Shown: positions 19,833 to 26,997, numbered from the stretch's first letter. The stretch is DNA of 64,000 bases from a virus (IMGVR_UViG_3300019370_000055:60012-124011), one strand, 5' to 3'. Program-made: numbers and translations. The notes: generated by a model from the letters alone, not told the origin.

Positions 19833-20044
19833 GGAGTAATTGCAATGGATGATTTTCTGCATGAAATTCTTGAGAACACAAAGAAAATGTTTCCGGGAGC
19901 AACCAGTGTAAGGATTATTGTCACAAATGAAGATGTGAAAGCTACTGCATCTTATAATGGTGAACTGTCCGATTATTCTATGAAAAAGATTGACGGATCG
20001 TGGTGTAGTAAGCGCATATAACGACTTATTCAGTAGGTGTTATT

Positions 20045-20316
20045 ATGGACGTAATTGAAAAATTCCTTCGAGAACATTCAGATGGTAAAGATTATCCAGT
20101 TTGTAGTAGTGAATTGTCAAAGCATTTTGTGTTCCTCGAACTACAATCAGGCGTATGATCAACACAGCACGAAGCAATGGAAGTCCAATCTGTTCCAGTC
20201 CCAAGGGGTATTACATAACAACCGATAGAGAGGAAATCAAAAACACAATCAGTTCATTGCGTGGGCGTATTGCAAAAATGGAAAAGGCTATTGCTGGCCT
20301 TGAAGCGTGTTTGTAA
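20045..20316 (+). pseudogene. winged-HTH protein with a 1-nt frameshift near 20128-20131
   Basis: Joined frames read ..SELSKHF/VPRTTIRRMINTARSNGSPICSSPKGYYITTDREEI..LRGRI. Confidence 0.65.
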
Positions 20317-20360
20317 AACAAAAATCTCCCCTACTGCTTCATGTAGTAGGGGAGGGATAT

Positions 20361-20451
20361 GGCAGATTAACCCTAACTGGTAAGGGACGAGTCTTGAAAA
20401 CTCGCAGTAGTCCGAAAGGGCGTTTGGGTTCGAGTCCCAAATCTGTCGCCA
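20361..20451 (+). tRNA. tRNA-Ser(TGA)
   Basis: GGCAGAT/ATCTGTC acceptor, CGAGT-CTTGAAA-ACTCG anticodon arm, long variable arm, TTCGAGT T-loop, G73, encoded CCA. Confidence 0.92.
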
Positions 20452-20516
20452 GCCTTAAATTAAGGCAAAGAAAACATATTATAATAAGAAATCAAAAACA
20501 GAAAGGAAACAAAACA

Positions 20517-21098
20517 ATGAAAAAGCTGAATGTAACTCTGATTGGTAATTCTCCCCTGATTATGCACTCTCCTAAGTGTGTAAATCCGCTGCATCCGATT
20601 AGCATTGAAATGAAAAAGTACACTTCTAAGAAGAAAAAGACAGAGGAAGATTTGCTGAAGATTTCTGATCTGGAATGGGAGTCTGGTGTTTATTGGGATG
20701 ATACTGTTGGTTTACATATTCCGAATGAGTGCATCAAGGCTACAATCCAGAATGGCGCAAAGGCCAATCGTAAGGGCGCAGATATTTCCAAGTATCTTCA
20801 GGTTGATACTTTAATGGCTCCTGTTGATATTTCTGAGCCGCAGAATTATGAGATTTTGAAAACTGATAATCGTTATCGTGATGTGCGTTCTGTTTGTGTG
20901 CAGCGCAATCGTGTGATTCGTACACGTCCTCGTTTTAATACATGGAAAGTAACTTTTGATATTTCTTATGATGAGAATATGATGGATATTTCCACTATCA
21001 TCAATGCAATCGAATATGCTGGCAGTTATGTTGGCCTTTGTGAAATGCGTGATCGTGGATATGGTAGATTCTCTGCTAATATTGTTGAGGTAGCGTAA
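20517..21098 (+). CDS. stand-alone Cas7/Csm3-like RAMP-fold protein (193 aa), putative guide-RNA-binding effector
   Basis: LNVTLIGNSPLIMH (first strand), IPNECIKATI (cf. IPGSSLKG), Arg-rich RNRVIRTRPRF, Gly-rich C-terminal loop GSYVGLCEMRDRGYGRF; AAAGGA RBS before ATG 20517. Confidence 0.78.
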   Translation: MKKLNVTLIGNSPLIMHSPKCVNPLHPISIEMKKYTSKKKKTEEDLLKISDLEWESGVYWDDTVGLHIPNECIKATIQNGAKANRKGADISKYLQVDTLMAPVDISEPQNYEILKTDNRYRDVRSVCVQRNRVIRTRPRFNTWKVTFDISYDENMMDISTIINAIEYAGSYVGLCEMRDRGYGRFSANIVEVA

Positions 21099-21116
21099 GA
21101 TTTATAAGGATATAAA

Positions 21117-21152
21117 GTCTGTACCATGCTACAAGTGTGGTATGGTACAGAC
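21117..21152 (+). other. stem-loop at the 5' end of the pentamer array (leader or processing signal)
   Basis: GTCTGTACCATGCTACA pairs with TGTGGTATGGTACAGAC; no U-tract follows. Confidence 0.7.
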
Positions 21153-21162
21153 ATAAAATTGA

Positions 21163-21412
21163 GGATTATAGGGTCTGGTATGGTGAGGTTGGATAGGCTC
21201 GGATAGGATCAGGTATGATGAGGTAAGGATTTTAAGGTATGATATGGTCAGGTTGGGTATGGTTGAATCGGGTAGGATGCGGTATGGTAAGGATTTTAAG
21301 GCCCGGTAAGGTAGTGTATGATTAGGTTAGGTTAGATTAGGTGTGGTATGAATTTTAAGATTTGGCAAGGTCAAGTGAGGTGTAATCTGGTTTGGTTAGG
21401 TAAGGATTTAAA
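21163..21412 (+). ncRNA. GGT-NN pentamer array 1: four units of 11, 11, 10 and 9 pentamers separated by GGATTTTAA
   Basis: Strict 5-nt period with GGT/GAT/GGC triplets and variable dinucleotides; delimiters at 21227, 21291, 21350, 21404. Confidence 0.85.
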
Positions 21413-21443
21413 AAGATATTTTTAATAAAGGAGTAAAATCAAA

Positions 21444-21893
21444 ATGAAAACAAATAAGCAAGTAGAAAAACTTGTAAATTATATTGTCGAAAAGGACTAT
21501 GGAACAGTAATTTTTCATCAGGAAATTGCGAATTTGCTTGGTGTTCAATATGGTTCACAGCAATATAGTAGTATTGTTCAAAGGGCAAAAAAGAAGTTGC
21601 TTGAAGCTGGCAAGATGATTGATTGTGTTCGCAAAACGGGATATGAAATTATTATGCCAGATAACTATACTAATTCCGCAGTAAAAGCACTTTCTGATGG
21701 CGCAAAAAAGATTGATAAAGGTGGCAAAATTATGGGTAATGCTCCAGTACAGAAAATGAGTCCTGCTGGTCTGGAATCATATAATCTTGTAAATGATCGT
21801 TTGCATCTTGTTCGTGCTGCTATTGCAGGAGCAGTCGTAGAAGTTAATATGCTTAGTCAAAAGCGACCTCATCCTCTTGCATTAACAAAGTGA
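21444..21893 (+). CDS. winged-HTH accessory protein located between the two arrays
   Basis: HQEIANLLG...VQRAKKKLL..IDCVRKTGYEI (HTH plus wing), helical C-terminus; AAGGAG RBS. Confidence 0.7.
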   Translation: MKTNKQVEKLVNYIVEKDYGTVIFHQEIANLLGVQYGSQQYSSIVQRAKKKLLEAGKMIDCVRKTGYEIIMPDNYTNSAVKALSDGAKKIDKGGKIMGNAPVQKMSPAGLESYNLVNDRLHLVRAAIAGAVVEVNMLSQKRPHPLALTK

Positions 21894-21906
21894 TATATTA
21901 GATTAA

Positions 21907-22030
21907 GGTAAGGATTTTAAGGTTAGGTTTGATGGGGTGTAGTGAGGTATGATATGGTGAGGTTTGGTATGGTTAGGATTTTAAGGTACGGTATGATTCG
22001 GTTCGGTTAGGTCAGGTGGGGTATGGGTGT
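21907..22030 (+). ncRNA. GGT-NN pentamer array 2: two units of 11 and 8-9 pentamers
   Basis: Same grammar as array 1; GGATTTTAA at 21912 and 21976. Confidence 0.85.
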
Positions 22031-22036
22031 AAAAAA

Positions 22037-22059
22037 TCTCCCCCATAAAGTGGGGGAGA
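22037..22059 (+). other. hairpin between array 2 and the tRNA-like gene; a similar hairpin lies at about 20326-20354
   Basis: TCTCCCCCA-TAAAG-TGGGGGAGA; may also terminate the minus-strand immR/immA-like transcript. Confidence 0.65.
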
Positions 22060-22064
22060 AATAT

Positions 22065-22158
22065 TGGAGAATGGTGGAATGGTAGACACGCCGCCACTAT
22101 AGAGCGGTGGAAGGTAGCGCAACCTTCTTTGTAGGTTCGAGTCCTACTTCTCCAGCCA
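22065..22158 (+). tRNA. class II tRNA-like gene with non-canonical anticodon loop (identity unassigned)
   Basis: TGGAGAA/TTCTCCA acceptor plus G-CCA, Leu-like D arm, long variable arm, GTAGG-TTCGAGT-CCTAC T arm; anticodon arm CCGC-CACTATAGA-GCGG. Confidence 0.75.
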
Positions 22159-22783
22159 AATTATAACGTTGATTAACCAATCTTCTCATATCATTTTCCC
22201 AAGCTGTTTTTCTGTGACTACGTTTCCACTTGAGATATTCTCTCCAACGCACATCAGAAGCCTCCCATGACAGCCCAAAGACACGCTGAACATCCTGTGC
22301 TGACTGAATACGAAGCTGGTCATATAAAGGCATAGGACAAAGCAGGAGGGCGGCAAAGTAGTCTGCTTCTCCCTCCAGTTCAGGATTAGAAAGGTTATTA
22401 AAGTTGTTTTCTGCGATCCGTGGCTCTGCCAAGTAAGGAAGATGATTTAATTTGACATGACCAAGTTCGTGTGCCAGAGTCCAACGAATACGGCCTATAA
22501 CATTGTTGTTAGCTGTAGAACTATTAACAAGGACAAGGTATCTATCGTTCGTTATGTCATAATGGGTACAGCCACTTTCACTTTCGCATAATGCAAAAAC
22601 TTCATCTAAACTACATGAATTGATTTTAGCAAAAGTAGAATATGGCATTATTCTACAGTTTTCAATCTGATTAAAAAATAGCCGAGGATTCATAGGGAAA
22701 CTGATAGAAGGTAAGCTGCGGTAAAGTTGTAGAACTTGGTTGCAAATATACGCATATCTAATCAAGAGTCTATCACCTCGCAA
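22097..22783 (-). CDS. ImmA/IrrE-family metallopeptidase (antirepressor)
   Basis: RIRWTLAHELGH...EGEADYFAALLLCP. Confidence 0.9.
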   Translation of the reverse strand: MRGDRLLIRYAYICNQVLQLYRSLPSISFPMNPRLFFNQIENCRIMPYSTFAKINSCSLDEVFALCESESGCTHYDITNDRYLVLVNSSTANNNVIGRIRWTLAHELGHVKLNHLPYLAEPRIAENNFNNLSNPELEGEADYFAALLLCPMPLYDQLRIQSAQDVQRVFGLSWEASDVRWREYLKWKRSHRKTAWENDMRRLVNQRYNLAGEVGLEPTKKVALPSTAL

Positions 22784-22817
22784 TTATCATAGCAAAATTA
22801 GTGTCCAATAAAACGGA

Positions 22818-23168
22818 CTATTCATTATCATCTCTAAAAGCATAATCAAAGCCAAGACGAAGCATCTGCATCATGCGCTGCGGGTCGCCTTTAATCATTT
22901 TTGACTTTGCTCTTTGTATTGAAATAATATCTGGATCACCACAAATTTCATCTGCCGATGTAGGAATTTCGGTTAGGCCAAGCAGATAGTCTACTGTGAC
23001 ACCAAAGTATTGTGCTATTGCTTTAATTTTGTCTACTCCGGGCGTACTGGTTGCTTTCCATTTTTTTATCGTGGAATTTGAAAATCCACAATCGCTTTCT
23101 AAACGGGCTATGCTGATTTTCCTTTCTTCACATAGTCTTTGAATGCGATCATACAGTCCAAGTTCCAT
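22818..23168 (-). CDS. XRE-family HTH repressor (ImmR/CI-like)
   Basis: ISIARLESDCGFSNSTIKKW...IAQYFGVTVDYLLG. Confidence 0.92.
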   Translation of the reverse strand: MELGLYDRIQRLCEERKISIARLESDCGFSNSTIKKWKATSTPGVDKIKAIAQYFGVTVDYLLGLTEIPTSADEICGDPDIISIQRAKSKMIKGDPQRMMQMLRLGFDYAFRDDNE

Positions 23169-23183
23169 AAAATCCCCTCCATT

Positions 23184-23263
23184 TAGAATATTATCTCATT
23201 TTATGCTTGACATTGAGAAAACTATCTGGTATAGTATGACCGTGGGATTGAGAAAGTTATCTC
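23184..23263. promoter_or_regulatory. divergent control region: + strand promoter and three candidate XRE operators
   Basis: TTGACA 23207 - 17 bp - TATAGT 23230; TTGAGAAAACTATCT 23213, TTGAGAAAGTTATCT 23248, TAGAATATTATCTCA 23184. Confidence 0.65.
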
Positions 23264-23295
23264 TACATCGCCCATTATACGGTAAATAATCTAAT

Positions 23296-24042
23296 TTGTC
23301 AATACTGAATAGGAGTGTGGTTAAGTTGCATAATAAAATTAAGCCTGTGGACAATGTGAGGATGCTTTCTTTGATTTCTCTATTGAGCAAGTACGATTTA
23401 TTCCATATCACAACTGATAATGGAAGGGAATTTAATGCGACTGAAATTGTTAGTGAAAATGAAGGATATTTAGAGTTCAAGCGTCTTTTTGCGAATTCAG
23501 TCTATTCTAATGGCTGTATTACAGATATTCAAGCCATTTGCGAAACTGAGTTTGTCTGCAAAACTTCTACTGTGACATATCATATTTCTGCATTACATAT
23601 TAAACCGCAGAATCCTATTATTAGGGAACGTAAAACGTGGAAAGAAATATCCGACTTGATGGATGTAAATTATATTGGTGAACGTTTGATTCGTTATATC
23701 AAGGAATTGGATATGCTGGTTCTGGCGATTGATCCTATTCTGTTGGGGGAATTACACCCTATGGAGCAGCGGCAGATTCAACATCTTATTAATGCCTATT
23801 TGGATGGATATTCTGATTTGTTGCAGATGAGCCGTACTGTATGTTTTCAAGTTAAGCTGTATGATGGACGGAATAGGATTTATGCTGGAGTTTATGATCT
23901 GGAAGGCCAGTGTTCAGTAACCAGTGTTCTTATTTATGATGACCGGGATAAGGAGAATTTTTCTGATGAGTTTTATAATAAGGCACAGGCCATATTAAAA
24001 TATGCAAAAACGACAGCTACCAAAATCTTCTTTCAAAATTGA
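23296..24042 (+). CDS. hypothetical protein divergent from the repressor (start uncertain)
   Basis: 248-aa ORF. Confidence 0.65.
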   Translation: MSILNRSVVKLHNKIKPVDNVRMLSLISLLSKYDLFHITTDNGREFNATEIVSENEGYLEFKRLFANSVYSNGCITDIQAICETEFVCKTSTVTYHISALHIKPQNPIIRERKTWKEISDLMDVNYIGERLIRYIKELDMLVLAIDPILLGELHPMEQRQIQHLINAYLDGYSDLLQMSRTVCFQVKLYDGRNRIYAGVYDLEGQCSVTSVLIYDDRDKENFSDEFYNKAQAILKYAKTTATKIFFQN

Positions 24043-24048
24043 ATATTG

Positions 24049-24098
24049 TGCTTGACATTTCAGGTCAAGCATGATAGTATAATAACAGGATAATCAAT
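24049..24098 (+). promoter_or_regulatory. promoter of the mazF-like gene with a palindrome over -35 and a downstream 17-bp operator
   Basis: TGCTTGAC-N7-GTCAAGCA; TTGACA 24052 - 17 bp - TAGTAT; ATAACAGGATAATCAAT at 24082. Confidence 0.65.
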
Positions 24099-24122
24099 AA
24101 TCATTGAAAGGGGGGTGCTGAT

Positions 24123-24473
24123 ATGAAGGCAATAAAAAGGGGAGATATTTATTATGCTGATTTAAGCCCCGCAATAGGAAGTGAACAAGGTGGTATTCGT
24201 CCAGTTTTAATAGTTCAAAATAATGTCGGGAATTATTATAGTCCAACTGTGATTATTGCTGTCTTGACTTCTAAATCAAAGAAACATTTACCAACACATA
24301 TCAGCATCCATTCTGGAGAAGGTAACATTGCTATGGATTCTACAGTATTACTGGAGCAACTACGAACAATAGACAAAAATAGGCTTCAGAAATATGTAGG
24401 TAGCGTTTCAGATGATACAATGGATCGTGTTGACCGGGCCATGCTGGTCAGTCTTGGATTAAATATAGCATAA
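24123..24473 (+). CDS. mazF: PemK/MazF (EndoA-like) endoribonuclease toxin
   Basis: KRGDIYYADLSPAIGSEQGGIRPVLIVQN...LEQLRTIDK. Confidence 0.93.
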   Translation: MKAIKRGDIYYADLSPAIGSEQGGIRPVLIVQNNVGNYYSPTVIIAVLTSKSKKHLPTHISIHSGEGNIAMDSTVLLEQLRTIDKNRLQKYVGSVSDDTMDRVDRAMLVSLGLNIA

Positions 24474-24544
24474 TAACAGTTTATTCAAAAAACATCTTGA
24501 CAATCGTGCTTAAATCTGTTATCATAGTAAGTGAGGTGATAATC

Positions 24545-25507
24545 ATGATTGAGCAATCCGTTATGGATAGGTACATCGCAGAATCATCTTTGAATATGAC
24601 AGAAACAAGCAGGATTAATTCTGAAAACCTTTTGACAAGATTTTTTAATTTGAAACCTTCAGTAGACTTTGTTGATCTACGAAAAGCTGACCTGATTGAA
24701 ATGTATTCTCAATTAAACCAGCATTCAATCAATGGATTCATTACTCATAAAAGTAAAATTAATGATTTTGCTAAATGGATGTATGAACAAGGTTATGGGT
24801 CAATAGAACTGTTGCATGATATTTCTGATTTAAAATATTCGGATATAAACCACGACTATTTGTACGATATTTATTATTTCAGAGATATTGAAGAATTGTG
24901 GTCTGTTATGTCGTTGATACTTAAAGATAAAGGTACAGAGTTTGATACTTTTAAAGCGGCAGCACTTTTAACTTGGTTGGGAATTGATTTGAACGATATG
25001 ACAGAGATATTAAAAACTGATTTAGATGAATCAAATCAATGTATCATTCATCCAGTCACCAGAGAAGCAGTTGAAATTCCTCCAGTAGATTTGCACGATA
25101 TGATTTTTTCTTTCTTGATTAATTATCGTGATGCAGATTCATGTGACACAAAAAAGTTTGGTGGCGGCATTCTTCCTTATGCAAATAGTCAGTATCTTTT
25201 GCGCAGCTATAAAAGCGCACATCTTACAGTTGTTCAATTAAGAAAGACTTCTGATCCTGTAAATCAATTAGCAAAAAAAGAAGAAGCACAAAGAATTTTT
25301 CAATGGAACAAGATTTATTTGTCTGGCCTATATTACCGAATTTATCAATATGAGCAGCGGTATGGTTCGATAGAGAAAGATGTAAAAATGCTTGATAAAT
25401 TCTTCCTTTGTAATCAAAAAGAAACTGTTCAAAAGTTAGTAGCATTCGATAGAAAGTATAAAGAATATCAAACATTTATAAAATGCAAAATGCGTTTAAA
25501 TGCTTGA
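24545..25507 (+). CDS. tyrosine-recombinase-fold protein lacking an obvious catalytic set; resembles the SPbeta YopR/MrpR repressor
   Basis: SAM-like N-terminus (..KINDFAKW), ALLTWLGI..D...I...D, YLLR and NKIYLSG segments; own promoter TTGACA 24497 / TATCAT 24520; operators on both sides. Confidence 0.6.
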   Translation: MIEQSVMDRYIAESSLNMTETSRINSENLLTRFFNLKPSVDFVDLRKADLIEMYSQLNQHSINGFITHKSKINDFAKWMYEQGYGSIELLHDISDLKYSDINHDYLYDIYYFRDIEELWSVMSLILKDKGTEFDTFKAAALLTWLGIDLNDMTEILKTDLDESNQCIIHPVTREAVEIPPVDLHDMIFSFLINYRDADSCDTKKFGGGILPYANSQYLLRSYKSAHLTVVQLRKTSDPVNQLAKKEEAQRIFQWNKIYLSGLYYRIYQYEQRYGSIEKDVKMLDKFFLCNQKETVQKLVAFDRKYKEYQTFIKCKMRLNA

Positions 25508-25513
25508 TTTCTG

Positions 25514-25540
25514 GTTTTAAGAGGGATAACCTCTTAAAAC
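25514..25540 (+). terminator. inverted repeat after the MrpR-like gene
   Basis: GTTTTAAGAGG-GATAA-CCTCTTAAAAC. Confidence 0.55.
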
Positions 25541-25570
25541 TTACATAAATAACGATATAATCAATAATAT

Positions 25571-25646
25571 CGCAAAGTAGTTTAATTGGAAGAACACTCT
25601 GGTGACGTGCTGGGGATGGATACTGGTTCGAGTCCAGTCTTTGCGA
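25571..25646 (+). tRNA. degenerate tRNA-like element, no encoded CCA
   Basis: CGCAAAG/CTTTGCG acceptor, GTTT/GAAC D stem, ACTGG-TTCGAGT-CCAGT T arm; G.U-rich anticodon arm without a canonical loop. Confidence 0.6.
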
Positions 25647-25682
25647 ATTTCAAAATTCAAAGATTAAAAGGAGAAATGAAAC

Positions 25683-26321
25683 ATGAACACTGAAACTATG
25701 ACCGTACATAAGGCTCTTGCTGAACTGAAGGTGCTTGACAGTCGAATTGAGAGCGCAATTCTAAGTGGCGACTTTGTTATCACTAAGAAGAACAATCAGG
25801 ATACCGTAAAAGGTAAGACGGCAGAACAGTATAAGGCCAAGGCAGCAGAGGTTTTCCAGAAGGCATCTGATTTGATTCTTCGCCGTAACGCCATTAAGAA
25901 TGCTGTAGTTGTTTCTAATGCTAAGACTACAGTAAAGATTGGTGATAAGGATTATACGGTGGTCGAGGCCATTGAAAAGAAGAATCACGGCATGGACTAT
26001 TATGTGCAGCTTCGTGATGTTCTGCGCCAGCAGCTTGCCAAGCAGAAATCCGAACTGGAGAAGCATAATGCCTCCCTCCAGCAGAAGGCCGAACAGTTTG
26101 TAACTGGCCTGATGGGTGGTAAAGAGGTTAAGACTGATAGTGCTGAATTTACTACTGCGGTAGATACATACATCAAGTCTAACACTATGACGTTGCTTGA
26201 TCCGCTTGGTATTGAAAAAAAGATTGAGGAACTGGATGATATGATCAACTCGTTCCTGCCTGAAGTTGATGCGGCCCTGTCGGTGAGTAATGCGGTAACA
26301 ACTATTACCATCGAGTATTAA
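25683..26321 (+). CDS. helical/coiled-coil protein (DIP1984-like N-terminus)
   Basis: MTVHKALAELKVLDSRI...NAKT...TVVEAI...EVDAALSVSNA. Confidence 0.7.
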   Translation: MNTETMTVHKALAELKVLDSRIESAILSGDFVITKKNNQDTVKGKTAEQYKAKAAEVFQKASDLILRRNAIKNAVVVSNAKTTVKIGDKDYTVVEAIEKKNHGMDYYVQLRDVLRQQLAKQKSELEKHNASLQQKAEQFVTGLMGGKEVKTDSAEFTTAVDTYIKSNTMTLLDPLGIEKKIEELDDMINSFLPEVDAALSVSNAVTTITIEY

Positions 26322-26327
26322 GCAAGT

Positions 26328-26731
26328 TATCTACTCGCTGCATAACGAAAACTGCGAACCATAACACGCCTGAGTTTTGGTGATGTTTTGAGGTGTAAAT
26401 TAATAAAAACTTCACCGCCTATATCAAAACTTACAGTCTTAGTAAGTTTTACATAAAAATCAAATAGATGATTTTATATTGTAAAATATTAAAAAATTCT
26501 AATAGTGTGAATAGCCGATATTAGGGCTAATTCAAGATTAGATTAAAAGGCTGTAAAGTTCAAGGCTAAAAGCTGAAGGTTCAAACTTCAACGTTCAAAG
26601 TTTATGAATCTTCAAAGTTGAAAGATTAGGCAACAAAGAACAAAGTTTTACAAAATCCTTGGCAGATGGTTTTTGGAATTGTTATGCTTGTCCAGCGGCT
26701 CACCACAAGGCTGTTATGTAGCGAGTTGATA
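26328..26731 (+). ncRNA. candidate ~400-nt structured RNA containing a heptamer repeat tract
   Basis: 26333-26346 pairs with 26713-26726; internal hairpins; no ORF. Confidence 0.6.
26555..26648 (+). repeat. 13 degenerate AAAGTTC heptamers (7 + 6, separated by 3 nt)
   Basis: aaagttc aaggcta aaagctg aaggttc aaacttc aacgttc aaagttt atg aatcttc aaagttg aaagatt aggcaac aaagaac aaagttt. Confidence 0.8.
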
Positions 26732-26753
26732 TATAGAATGTCTGATAGATATT

Positions 26754-26981
26754 ATCGGGCATTCTGTCCAGAATTTATTATGGAATGTTGGCTTAGAAGC
26801 AGCCATCATCTAAGGAGTAGATCGAACCACTGTTAAGTGCGAAATGCTTTATGTCGTACTACTTATCAATGAAAGTGGCATGAAGTGATGTGCTGACAGA
26901 AAAATGGGGCTGGCTGATATATTTATCAGAATCTTTTGGCGTAATAGCACACCATAATAAATTCTGAATAGAGTGTCCGAT
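26754..26981 (+). ncRNA. candidate ncRNA mimicking the 23S rRNA L11-binding region (H43/H44)
   Basis: ATGTTGGCTTAGAAGCAGCCATCAT (26785-26809) and GCGTAATAGCACAC (26939-26952) inside a ~29-bp closing stem. Confidence 0.75.
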
Positions 26982-26997
26982 GCAAAGGAGTGATTAA

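Noticed and set aside
20307-20516. 70-aa N-terminal extension of the RAMP ORF shown in the ORF track
   Set aside because: It overlaps tRNA-Ser; the RBS supports ATG 20517
21163-22030. Pentamer tracts as a CRISPR array, a plain microsatellite or coding sequence
   Set aside because: There are no 25-40-nt identical repeats with spacers. Variation is concentrated at two of five positions and is punctuated by a fixed delimiter, unlike slippage repeats. No credible ORF covers the tracts.
26785-26952. True 23S rRNA gene or assembly chimera
   Set aside because: Only two short rRNA-like blocks are present, split by an insert and closed by a non-rRNA stem; no other rRNA sequence is nearby
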